From: Acidimicrobiia bacterium
GTDB taxonomy: Bacteria; Actinomycetota; Acidimicrobiia; IMCC26256; PALSA-610
DNA: 64,000 bases
NCBI GenBank assembly: GCA_038320885.1
Contig: JBBQER010000001.1
Coordinates: 65,931-129,930, forward strand
Direction: 5' to 3'
The notes under the pieces were generated by a model. That model made no database searches. It was not told where the DNA came from and saw only the letters and a program-made list of their open reading frames with translations. The translations under genes and the position numbers were made by a program. Of this stretch, positions 46,089 to 54,694 are shown in pieces. Numbering within the stretch: the first letter of the stretch is position 1; every line of letters begins with the position of its first letter.

Positions 46089-47105
46089 CTAGTCGCCGAG
46101 CGCGCTGCAGACCGTGTCGGTGATCATGCGCGTCACGACGTACGGGTCCATGTTGGCGTTGGGACGACGGTCTTCGATGTAGCCCTTTCCGTCGACCTCG
46201 ACCTGCCACGGGATCCGCACCGAAGCACCACGGTCGGACACGCCGTAGTTGAACTCGTTCCACGGCGCGGTCTCGTGCAGACCGGTGAGGCGCTCCTCGA
46301 TGCCGTAGCCGTAGTTCTCCACGTGCTCCAGCGCCTTTTTCCCGAGCGCTTCGCACGCGGCGATGATCGGTTCGTACGACGAGCGCATCGCCTTCGTGGA
46401 GAAGTTGGTGTGCGCGCCCGCGCCGTTCCAATCGCCCGCGATGGGCTTCGGGTCGAGGGTTGCCGCGATGCCGAACTCCTCGGCGATGCGGTACAGCAGC
46501 CAACGCGCCGTCCAGAGGTGGTCCGAGACATCCAGGGGGCTCAGCGGCCCGACCTGGAATTCCCACTGCCCGGGCATCACCTCGGCGTTGATGCCCGAGA
46601 CACCGATGCCGGCTTCGAGACACGCGTCGAGGTGCACCTCGACGATGTCACGGCCGAACACCTCGTCGGCGCCGACACCGCAGTAGTAGAAGCCCTGCGG
46701 CGCGGGGAAGCCGCGCTCGGGGAAACCGTGCGGACGACCACCCTTGAAGAAGTTGTATTCCTGCTCGATGCCGAACAGCGGCTCCTGCGCCGCGTGCTTC
46801 TCCGCGACGGGCTGGAGCAACGCGCGCGTGTTGGTCGGGTGCGGCTTCATGCTGGTGAGGAGCACCTCGCTCATCACGAGCACGTGCGGCTCGCCGCGCA
46901 ACGGGTCGGGGAACACGGCGACCGGCTTCAACACACAGTCGGATGCCTTGCCCGGCGCCTGGTTCGTGCTCGACCCGTCGAAGCCCCAGATCGGGAGCGA
47001 CGGGAGGTCGGCCTTGCCGTCGAGGATCTTCGTCTTCGAGCGCAGGCGCGCAGTCGGTTCGGTGCCGTCGATCCAGATGTATTCCGCCTTGATAGCCACT
47101 GTCAC
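46089..47105 (-). CDS. glnII: Glutamine synthetase type II (eukaryote-like)
   Basis: KAEYIWIDG, FGIEQEY, NAEVMPGQWEFQVGP and GAGAHTNFS motifs, about 336 aa. The probable start is the GTG at 47099, after AGGAG. Confidence 0.92.
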   Translation of the reverse strand: MTVAIKAEYIWIDGTEPTARLRSKTKILDGKADLPSLPIWGFDGSSTNQAPGKASDCVLKPVAVFPDPLRGEPHVLVMSEVLLTSMKPHPTNTRALLQPVAEKHAAQEPLFGIEQEYNFFKGGRPHGFPERGFPAPQGFYYCGVGADEVFGRDIVEVHLDACLEAGIGVSGINAEVMPGQWEFQVGPLSPLDVSDHLWTARWLLYRIAEEFGIAATLDPKPIAGDWNGAGAHTNFSTKAMRSSYEPIIAACEALGKKALEHVENYGYGIEERLTGLHETAPWNEFNYGVSDRGASVRIPWQVEVDGKGYIEDRRPNANMDPYVVTRMITDTVCSALGD

Positions 47106-47262
47106 TCCTGTGCTCGACGCCCGGGCAAGTCATGCCGAGCCTGATTGGTTGATTCTCAGCTTTTCGGGAGGCGATTTCTCGGCCGTTGCTCCAATATGAA
47201 CGCTCTGTTACCGGGTCGCCGCGGCCTCGGGGAGGCTACGCGATCGTTCCTACACTGAGCAC

Positions 47263-48588
47263 ATGGAGCGCCAACTCGAGTACGTGTTGCGAACCGTCGA
47301 GGAGCGCGGCGTGCGCTTCGTCCGGCTCTGGTTCACGGACGTGCTCGGTTTCCTCAAGTCGGTGGAGATCACTCCCGCCGAGTTGGAGGTCGCACTCGAG
47401 GAGGGCATGACCTTCGACGGATCGACGATCGAGGGCTACAGCCGGATTCAGGAATCCGACATGTTGGCCAAACCCGACCCGAACACCTTCGAGCTGCTGC
47501 CCGGCGGCGACCCGGACGCGCCGGTGGCCCGGATGTTCTGCGACATCCAGATGTTCTCGGGCGAGCCCTTCCACGGCGACCCCCGCCACGTGCTGAAGCG
47601 AAACCTCGAACGGGCCCGGGAGAAGGGCTTCACCTTCTTCGTCGGCCCGGAGATGGAGTTCTTCTACTCCCGGACCGCCGAGCGGATCGAGCCGCTCGAC
47701 AACGCGGGCTACTTCGATCACACCGCCAACGATCTCGGCTCGCAGCTCCGCAAGCAGACGGTGCTGCGGCTCGAGGCGATGGGCATCCCGGTCGAGTACT
47801 CGTTCCACGAGAACGGCCCGAGTCAGCACGAGATCGACCTCCGTCACACCGACGCGCTCACCATGGCCGACAACGTGATGACGTTCCGGCTCGTTACCAA
47901 GCAGGTCGCACAGGATCTCGGTGTGCACGCGACCTTCATGCCCAAGCCGATCGCCGGCGCGTTCGGGTCGGGGATGCACTCGCACCTTTCACTGTTCGAA
48001 GGCGACGTGAACGCGTTCCACGATCCCGGCGACGAGAACGGCTTGTCGAAGGTCGCCAAGCACTTCATCGCCGGGTTGCTCGTGCACGCGAACGAGATCG
48101 TCGCGATCACCAACCAGTGGGTCAACTCGTACAAGCGGCTGATTCCCGGTTACGAAGCGCCGGTGTACAAGTGCTGGGCGCGCAACAACCGTTCGGCGCT
48201 CGTGCGGGTACCGCTCCCGAAGCAGGGTAAGAGCGACTCGACTCGCATCGAGTTCCGCGCACCCGACCCTGCGTGCAATCCGTACCTCGCGTTCTCCGTG
48301 ATGCTCGCGGCCGGGCTGCGGGGGATCGAGGAGGGCTACGCGCTGCCGGCCGAGGCCACCGACAACATCTACGCGTTGAGCGACGCCGAACGCCTCGCCG
48401 AGGGCATCAGCGCGTTGCCCGGGTCGCTCCGGGACGCGCTCGATTCCATGGAGAATTCCGAGCTGATGGCGGAGGCGCTGGGCGAGCACGTGTTCGAGAA
48501 CTTCTTGATCAACAAGCGGCGGGAATGGACCGACTACAAGGCCTATGTCACGCCGTTCGAGATCGACCGCTGGCTCGGCGCGCTCTAG
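47263..48588 (+). CDS. glnA: Glutamine synthetase type I (GlnA2-like)
   Basis: 441 aa with FVRLWFTDVLG, GPEMEFF, HHEIDL-like (QHEIDLRH), GSGMHSHLSL and NPYLAF motifs. Confidence 0.93.
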   Translation: MERQLEYVLRTVEERGVRFVRLWFTDVLGFLKSVEITPAELEVALEEGMTFDGSTIEGYSRIQESDMLAKPDPNTFELLPGGDPDAPVARMFCDIQMFSGEPFHGDPRHVLKRNLERAREKGFTFFVGPEMEFFYSRTAERIEPLDNAGYFDHTANDLGSQLRKQTVLRLEAMGIPVEYSFHENGPSQHEIDLRHTDALTMADNVMTFRLVTKQVAQDLGVHATFMPKPIAGAFGSGMHSHLSLFEGDVNAFHDPGDENGLSKVAKHFIAGLLVHANEIVAITNQWVNSYKRLIPGYEAPVYKCWARNNRSALVRVPLPKQGKSDSTRIEFRAPDPACNPYLAFSVMLAAGLRGIEEGYALPAEATDNIYALSDAERLAEGISALPGSLRDALDSMENSELMAEALGEHVFENFLINKRREWTDYKAYVTPFEIDRWLGAL

Positions 48589-48603
48589 CCTCGCGGCTAC
48601 GTC

Positions 48604-49323
48604 ATGATCGAGCGCAAGGATCTCGCCCTCGTCTTTCCTGATCCGCCGCCGTCGATGCTCGCGCGCACGCTCGATCTCGCGGGGCAACGGTGGAAGGCGG
48701 TCGCGAACGCGTCGGTGGCGATGCAGGCGGAGCCCGCCGAAGGTTGGACCGGTGCCATCGTCTGCGCCGACGAAGATCCCGAAGGCGCATTCGCGCTGTG
48801 TCGCACGCTGCGCAAGGGCGACGCGCGCGTCGACTCGATCCTGCTGCTCGTCTCCGGTGCGCAGCTGCACGAGTTGGAGCACCGCGACGATCTCTTCGAC
48901 GACTTCTGCCTCTCGCCGTTCCACCCGAGGGAGCTCGAGGCGCGCTTCCGTCATCTGCTGTTCCGCGCCGGGCGCGGCGAAAGTCCGGAGCTCGCGTCGT
49001 ACGCCGATCTCGTCCTCAACTTCGAGACGTATCAGGCGGCGATCGACGGCAAGCCGCTCGACCTCACCTACATGGAGTACGAGCTGCTGAAGTTCTTCCT
49101 CACCCACCCGGGCAAGGTGTTTACACGCGAGCAGCTGCTCTCACGGGTGTGGGGCTACGAGTACTACGGGGGTGCGCGCACGGTCGACGTTCACGTGCGG
49201 CGCCTGCGCGCCAAGCTCGGCGAAGAGCACGCCAACCTGATCCAGACCGTGCGCTCGGTCGGCTACCGCTTCGGCCAGACCCGTTGGCCCGGAGCCGGAG
49301 ACCGGGTTCAGGACGAGGGCTGA
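48604..49323 (+). CDS. OmpR-family winged-helix regulator with atypical receiver (GlnR-like orphan response regulator)
   Basis: C-terminal LTYMEYELLKFFLTHPGKVFTREQLLSRVWGYEYYGGARTVDVHVRRLRAKLG. The N-terminal pseudo-receiver lacks the DD pair. No kinase gene is adjacent. Confidence 0.75.
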   Translation: MIERKDLALVFPDPPPSMLARTLDLAGQRWKAVANASVAMQAEPAEGWTGAIVCADEDPEGAFALCRTLRKGDARVDSILLLVSGAQLHELEHRDDLFDDFCLSPFHPRELEARFRHLLFRAGRGESPELASYADLVLNFETYQAAIDGKPLDLTYMEYELLKFFLTHPGKVFTREQLLSRVWGYEYYGGARTVDVHVRRLRAKLGEEHANLIQTVRSVGYRFGQTRWPGAGDRVQDEG

Positions 49324-49466
49324 GCCTCCGCCGCCTCGTCGTGCGGAGAGTCGGCGTCGTCGGACAGAAGCCAACCGGTGATTCCCGACCAGATCGCGCC
49401 GACGAGGAAGAGTCCCACGGGCCCGACGATCGCCATCGCCAAGATCAGGAGCACTGCGCCGATCAC
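49308..49466 (-). CDS. 52-aa two-TM small protein (candidate)
   Basis: GTG start. Product VIGAVLLILAMAIVGPVGLFLVGAIWSGITGWLLSDDADSPHDEAAEAQPSS. High GC3. Its 3' end overlaps the GlnR-like stop by 16 nt. It is below the ORF-track cutoff. Confidence 0.3.
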   Translation of the reverse strand: MIGAVLLILAMAIVGPVGLFLVGAIWSGITGWLLSDDADSPHDEAAEAQPSS

Positions 49467-49486
49467 GCCGGCAGATTACTGGCACT

Positions 49487-50257
49487 ATGACAAACATGTG
49501 CCGGGTGGACGAGCCGCACCCCATGCCCGGTTGGCTGCTCGATGAGCTCGCCAACGCGGGTCGGGAGAACGTCGATGCCAGCCACGTCGAGCGATACGAC
49601 GGCAAGATGGATGCCCGGGCCGCCGCAGAGGTCGAACTGTTGCGCGCCTGGGGACTGAATTCGTCGTCGGTCGTCGTTGATCTCGGCTGCGGCACCGGCC
49701 AGTTCGCGTTAGCGGTCGCCCCCGTTTGCCGGCGGGTGGTGGCCGTCGACGTGTCACCGTTGATGCGCGAACGGCTGCGCAGCAAGCGTGACGAAGCGCC
49801 ACTCGACAACGTCGAGATCGCCGCCGCCGGTTTCCTCACCTACCACCACGGGGGCGATCCAGCCGACATCGTGTACTCCCGCTACGCCCTTCACCACCTG
49901 CCTGACTTCTGGAAGGTGATCGCGCTGCGTCGGGTGCGGACCATGTTGCGCCCGGGCGGCCTGTTCCGCCTGTGGGACGTCGTCTACGGCTTCAACCCCT
50001 ACGAGGCCGAAGAACGCATCGAGGCATGGTGCGCGCCCTTCGGCGACCAGGTCGAAGGCGACTGGGCCCGTTGGGAGATGGAAGAGCACGTACGCGACGA
50101 GCACTCGACCTTCACGTGGCTGCTCGAGGCGATGTTCGAGCGCACCGGGTTCACCATCGAGGCCGCCGACCGTGCCGACGACGGCTTCGACGCTCGTTAC
50201 CTCCTGCGGGCCACCTCGCCGCTCAGATCCGAAGCGCCAGATCACTCACCGAGATAG
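49487..50257 (+). CDS. Class I SAM-dependent methyltransferase
   Basis: Motif I VVDLGCGTGQFALAVA and post-I VVAVDVSPLM, 256 aa. Confidence 0.8.
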   Translation: MTNMCRVDEPHPMPGWLLDELANAGRENVDASHVERYDGKMDARAAAEVELLRAWGLNSSSVVVDLGCGTGQFALAVAPVCRRVVAVDVSPLMRERLRSKRDEAPLDNVEIAAAGFLTYHHGGDPADIVYSRYALHHLPDFWKVIALRRVRTMLRPGGLFRLWDVVYGFNPYEAEERIEAWCAPFGDQVEGDWARWEMEEHVRDEHSTFTWLLEAMFERTGFTIEAADRADDGFDARYLLRATSPLRSEAPDHSPR

Positions 50258-50625
50258 GCCCAGGTCTCGATCTCGACCTCCGCGCCGCCGGGTAGCGCGG
50301 CGACCTGCACCGTCGAACGCGCCGGTCGGTGATCGACGAACGCCTCCGCGTACACCGCGTTGACGATGGCGAATTCTCCGATCTCGGTGACGAACACCGT
50401 GGTCTTCGCGACGTCGGTCATCGATGCGCCGCAGTCGGCGAGGATCGCCCGGATGTTGGCCAGCACCTGACGTGCCTGCGCCTCCACGCCTTCGACCATC
50501 GCGCCACTCGCGGGATCGAGGCCGACCTGGCCCGCGAGCACCAACCAATCGCCGGCCCGGACCGCGGGTGAGTAGTTGCCGGCAACCGGCGGCGCGCTGG
50601 GGGTGGGAACGGGCTCGACGGGCAT
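50242..50625 (-). CDS. ridA: RidA/YjgF-family reactive-intermediate deaminase
   Basis: 127 aa from ATG 50625, with GAGGAGG inside the end of the upstream gene. YSPAVRAGDWLVLAGQVG...TTVFV...ARSTVQVAALP pattern. Confidence 0.88.
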   Translation of the reverse strand: MPVEPVPTPSAPPVAGNYSPAVRAGDWLVLAGQVGLDPASGAMVEGVEAQARQVLANIRAILADCGASMTDVAKTTVFVTEIGEFAIVNAVYAEAFVDHRPARSTVQVAALPGGAEVEIETWAYLGE

Positions 50626-50627
50626 CG

Positions 50628-52343
50628 CTACCTCCTCAGGCACCGCGCGGCGCGCGTCTGACGCGCGGGGAACGTATCGGGCCGAGTGCCGTCGGCACGA
50701 GTGAGCGCGTTCCACGTCGCGGCCGCGACGGCGGCGAACACCGCGTCGGACGATCCCGCCCGGGCCTCGCGGTCATCGCGGATCACGGTGATGTCGACCG
50801 GGGGCATGTCCTTGGCACGAACGATGCCGAACGAACGGATCGTGAGGTCGTGCACCCCGCTCGCGATCGGGTCGACGGTCAGCGACTCCGTGCACACCCA
50901 GCCCAACGCCATGTGCGCCGCGCCCAACGCGTAGGAACGCAACACGATCTCGTCGAGCGGGTCCCCCGCGGCGACGCGCACGTCGATGCGATCGAGCGCA
51001 CCGCTCTCCGGATCGATGTGTACGCGCGCGCCGGCGCTCGCGCCCGAAGGCGCGCGCACGCACACGTCGAGCAACGTGGGATCGTCCGTGAGCGATGCCC
51101 GATCGACGCCGGCCCCGTCGAGCGCGCCCTCGACGAGAACCGCGAGCTCGGCGAGCCCGGTCGCGCGCGCTCCGATATGGACGGGCGGCCCGGCAACCTC
51201 GGCCTCGTGCCAGTTCGCCATGACGTCACACGCGTACGGCGTCGGCCAATCGCGCCCGAAGGCCGCCAAGCCGCCGCTCGCGACGACGCCGTCGATGTGG
51301 ACCGCGCCGTCATGCCACACCGCGGTCGCGGCGATCGGCGGTCGCTTCGGTCCCAGCCGAACGACGTCCTCACGCGAGTAGACGACCCGTACCGGCCGAT
51401 CGAAGCGATCCGCGAGCTCACGCGCCGCGCTGGGAGCCCGCGAGGTCACCTTGCCGCCGAACGCGCCGCCGTTCGCGAACGGCGACGCCGGAGTTCCGCC
51501 CGGTTCGCACCACGAGGCATCGGGCTCGAGGTACGCGGGCTCGACCCACGCCGTCGCGAGCCGCACCCCGCCAGGTGGACACGCCGGCAACAACTCGAAC
51601 AGCGGCGGCCGCTCCTCGGCGGTCGTGCGCCGGCCCTGCACTTTGCCGGTCTTGGTTCGTGCCTCGAGCAATGACGCGCCGACGACCCATTGCATGCCGG
51701 CCGCTTCGACGCTCTCGGCCTCGGAGCCCGGCGGGCGCGGAACCGCGACGAGCGCGTCGCGCGGCGCGGTGTCGTCGGCGAACGGCGCGCCACCGAGCGG
51801 AATATCGCTTCGCACAACCTGGGTGACACCACCTTCGAGCTCCGCGCGCTGCGCCGCCGCGCCGAGGTCGCGCCCCGCGTCGGTCACGGGGGCGCCGCGA
51901 ATCGCGTCGTACACCGTGCGCCATCCGGTACACCGGCAGAGATGCGCGGCGAGGGCACGGTCGAGATCGCGGGCCCGCGCTCCGCACGAGCGCATGACGA
52001 TCCCTGGCGTGCAGAAGCCGCATTGCGATCCGCCGGTCGCGACGAACGACGCTGCGAGCCGGTCACGAACATCGGGCGCGAGACCCTCGACCGTCGTGAC
52101 CGAACGCCCTTCGACGCGCACCGCTGGCGTGACACACGCCACGCGCGGCTCGCCGTCGACGAGCACGGTGCAGCAACCGCACTGGCCCTGCGGCGCGCAC
52201 CCGTCCTTGACGGACACGAGCCCGAGCCGCTCGCGCAGCACCGACAGCAACGACTCGCCGTCGGCGGCCTCGACGTCGGTGTCGGCACCGTTGCAGCGGA
52301 AGCGGACGCGCAACGGCCCCGCCGGAGCGGGGCCGTCAGACAC
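50628..52343 (-). CDS. Fusion protein: CoxS-like [2Fe-2S] domains plus a compact molybdopterin (xanthine dehydrogenase/CoxL-like) domain
   Basis: N-terminal CAPQGQCGCCTV and GSQCGFCTPG...CRCTGW clusters. Downstream YLEPDA, GGAFGGK, REDVVRLGPKRPP and GAAHMALGW motifs are XDH-like. Total length is only 571 aa. Confidence 0.8.
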   Translation of the reverse strand: MSDGPAPAGPLRVRFRCNGADTDVEAADGESLLSVLRERLGLVSVKDGCAPQGQCGCCTVLVDGEPRVACVTPAVRVEGRSVTTVEGLAPDVRDRLAASFVATGGSQCGFCTPGIVMRSCGARARDLDRALAAHLCRCTGWRTVYDAIRGAPVTDAGRDLGAAAQRAELEGGVTQVVRSDIPLGGAPFADDTAPRDALVAVPRPPGSEAESVEAAGMQWVVGASLLEARTKTGKVQGRRTTAEERPPLFELLPACPPGGVRLATAWVEPAYLEPDASWCEPGGTPASPFANGGAFGGKVTSRAPSAARELADRFDRPVRVVYSREDVVRLGPKRPPIAATAVWHDGAVHIDGVVASGGLAAFGRDWPTPYACDVMANWHEAEVAGPPVHIGARATGLAELAVLVEGALDGAGVDRASLTDDPTLLDVCVRAPSGASAGARVHIDPESGALDRIDVRVAAGDPLDEIVLRSYALGAAHMALGWVCTESLTVDPIASGVHDLTIRSFGIVRAKDMPPVDITVIRDDREARAGSSDAVFAAVAAATWNALTRADGTRPDTFPARQTRAARCLRR

Positions 52344-52370
52344 ATCAGAACCGCTCAGGAGCCAGAACGA

Positions 52371-52694
52371 TCAGGAAAACGACTGGCCGCAGCCGCAGGT
52401 GCGCTGCGCGTTCGGGTTGTTGATCGTGAAGCCGGCATCCTGCAGGCCGTCCTTGTAGTCGAGCGAGGCGCCCGCGAGGTACTCGGCACTGGCGGGGTCG
52501 ACGACCACGCGCACACCCTCGCCGTAGGTCTGCTCGATGTCGTCGGGAGCCTTCTCGCTGTCGAAGAACATCTCGTACGAGAGGCCCGAACAGCCGCCCG
52601 GGCGCACGGCGACGCGGAGACTGAGCTCAGGCTGGTCCTCGGCTTCGAGGAGCTGCTTGACCTTGGTCGTGGCGGTATCGGTGAGAACGATCAT
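52371..52694 (-). CDS. A-type Fe-S cluster insertion/carrier protein (ErpA/IscA/SufA family)
   Basis: 107 aa. GGCSGLSY and the C-terminal CGCGQSF signature. Confidence 0.92.
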   Translation of the reverse strand: MIVLTDTATTKVKQLLEAEDQPELSLRVAVRPGGCSGLSYEMFFDSEKAPDDIEQTYGEGVRVVVDPASAEYLAGASLDYKDGLQDAGFTINNPNAQRTCGCGQSFS

Positions 52695-52727
52695 CGTTGC
52701 CCTCCACAGGCGGGATTCACGACCAGG

Positions 52728-53375
52728 CTACCTGACCGCGACAGAGACCCGGCATGGGTCCCGGTCGTACAACGTGGCGAAGTCCTCGACTGTTCCGCCT
52801 CCGACCTCGGCCACGATCCCTTCCGAGATCCCGCGGTGGAGATTGCAGACCAGCTCGGGGTACGCCTCGGCCAGCTCCCGGAACGGGCAGCGGGTGAACG
52901 CCATGTCGGAGGTCTCGCCCACCGTCTCGGTCTCGGGTTCGAAGCCGAGCCGTTGCATCTCGCCGACGAGCGCGTTCACGCACGACCGCGAACGCGTACG
53001 GCGACCCGCCTCGACACCCCAGGCGCGGCCGATCTCGGTCGCCTCGGTGCCGTCGGCACCCACCCGTTCGGCGAGCGCGGCGAGCAGACCGGAGAGCAGC
53101 GTGTAGCTCGGCGGGTCGAAACCCAGGCCCGGGGCTCCCGGCGCCAACGAGTAGATGTGGGTAGGGCGGCCGACCGTGCCGCGGTGAACGGCCTCGACGT
53201 CGACCAGGCCCGCTTCGCGGAGGCGATCCAGGTGCAGCCGCACCGTGTTGGCGTGCAGCCCGAGTGAGTCGGCGAGCTCCTGGGCCGAGCAGCCCCGAGT
53301 CGATCCCGCCAGCTCGCGATACATCGAAAAGCGCGTCTCGTCGCCGAGGGCCTTGAGCATCGCGAGCAGGTCCAT
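52728..53375 (-). CDS. ArsR-family HTH regulator with a Cys-containing C-terminal domain (SufR-like)
   Basis: HTH ELADSLGLHANTVRLHLDRLREAGLV. The C-terminal half carries C-x(n)-C residues (SRSCV, FTRCPF, LVCNLH, DPCRV). Divergent from mrp. Confidence 0.8.
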   Translation of the reverse strand: MDLLAMLKALGDETRFSMYRELAGSTRGCSAQELADSLGLHANTVRLHLDRLREAGLVDVEAVHRGTVGRPTHIYSLAPGAPGLGFDPPSYTLLSGLLAALAERVGADGTEATEIGRAWGVEAGRRTRSRSCVNALVGEMQRLGFEPETETVGETSDMAFTRCPFRELAEAYPELVCNLHRGISEGIVAEVGGGTVEDFATLYDRDPCRVSVAVR

Positions 53376-53436
53376 TTCCTCGACGGTACCTTCGGAGCGG
53401 GCATATTTTCAAGGTCTACACTGGTTTTATTCGGTG

Positions 53437-54690
53437 ATGCACCCCATCGATTCGACCATGACGGACACCACATCCTCCCCGCCCGATTCCCCGCCGCCCG
53501 GCGCGCCCGAGGCCCCTCCCAGCGCGGAGCACGTCCGCAGCGTGCTCGCGGGGGTCCTCGATCCGGAGCTCCGGGCCTCGATCGTCGATCTCGGAATGGT
53601 GCATGACATCACCGTCGACCCCGGCGGCAACGTCATGGTGAAGGTGGCGCTCACCACCGCCGCATGCCCGCTGCGCGGGCAGATCGGCAACGACGTCCAG
53701 TCGAAGGTCGCCGGCATCCCCGGGGTCGCCGATGTTTCGGTCGAGTACGACGAGATGACCCAGGACGAGCGTTCGGCCGTGATGCAGCGCGCCCGCTTGC
53801 ACGCATCGCAGCAGGCTCCTCCCACGGAGGTCTCCGCGACGACACGCGTGATCGCGGTCGGCAGCGGCAAGGGCGGAGTGGGCAAGTCGTCGATCACCGC
53901 CAACCTGGCCGCGGCGCTCGCGGCGCGCGGGTTGACCGTCGGCGTGCTCGACGCCGACATCTGGGGCTTTTCGATCCCGCGCATGCTCGGCGTGAACGAG
54001 CGCCTCGCCGGAACGAAGCAGCCTGACGGCAAGGGCAAGATCCTGCCCAACGAGGTCGAGGTTCCCGGCGGGGGCCGGCTCAAGATCGTGAGCATGGGCC
54101 TGCTCGTCGACAACGAGGACACCGCGCTGATGTGGCGCGGCCTCGTGCTCGCCAAGGCGCTCGAGCAGTTCCTCGTGGATGTCCGCTGGGGCGACCTCGA
54201 CTATCTCCTCATCGACATGCCACCCGGCACCGGCGACATCCAGATGGCGCTCGCCCGCCTACTCCCACAGGCCGAGATGCTCGTGATCACGACGCCGGCC
54301 AAGGGCGCGCAGAAGGTCGCGGCGCGCGTGGCCGACATGGCGCGGCGCTCGTACCTCAAGGTGCTCGGCGTGGTCGAGAACATGCACGAGTTCATCGCGC
54401 CCGACGGATCACGTCACGCGATCTTCGGGTCGGGCGGCGGCACGCGGCTCGCGGCACTCACCGGCGCACCGCTCGTCGGCGAAGTGCCGATCGACGGTGC
54501 GGTGTCGGAGGGCGGCGACGTCGGTAAACCGGTCGTGCTCGCCCATCCCGAGCTGCCCGCCGCGGTGGCGCTGGCCGAGATCGCGCGCCGAATCGTCGAA
54601 GAGCTCCTGCCACCGGTCGAGATGGCCGGATGCACCGCTCGCATCTTCGACCTCGTGAACAAGCTCGCCCCCGCCAACGAGAACAGCTGA
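53437..54690 (+). CDS. mrp: Mrp/ApbC/NBP35-family Fe-S cluster carrier ATPase with an N-terminal DUF59-like domain
   Basis: VLDPELRASIVDLGMV (DUF59-like) and the deviant Walker A GSGKGGVGKSS. An alternative ATG lies at 53458. Confidence 0.9.
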   Translation: MHPIDSTMTDTTSSPPDSPPPGAPEAPPSAEHVRSVLAGVLDPELRASIVDLGMVHDITVDPGGNVMVKVALTTAACPLRGQIGNDVQSKVAGIPGVADVSVEYDEMTQDERSAVMQRARLHASQQAPPTEVSATTRVIAVGSGKGGVGKSSITANLAAALAARGLTVGVLDADIWGFSIPRMLGVNERLAGTKQPDGKGKILPNEVEVPGGGRLKIVSMGLLVDNEDTALMWRGLVLAKALEQFLVDVRWGDLDYLLIDMPPGTGDIQMALARLLPQAEMLVITTPAKGAQKVAARVADMARRSYLKVLGVVENMHEFIAPDGSRHAIFGSGGGTRLAALTGAPLVGEVPIDGAVSEGGDVGKPVVLAHPELPAAVALAEIARRIVEELLPPVEMAGCTARIFDLVNKLAPANENS

Positions 54691-54694
54691 GCGA

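Noticed and set aside
46086-47144. 352-aa plus-strand ORF
   Set aside because: It is antisense to glnII.
47197-47211. GlnR-box-like TGAAC-n5-GTTAC in the glnII/glnA divergent region
   Set aside because: Only one half-site pair is present, with non-canonical spacing relative to the GTnAC-n6-GaAAC consensus I recall. This is too weak to call without motif statistics.
53376-53436. Operator palindrome in the ArsR-type/mrp intergenic region
   Set aside because: The AT-rich stretch TTTTCAAGGTCTACACTGGTTTT looks symmetric at a glance but is not a true inverted repeat when checked base by base.
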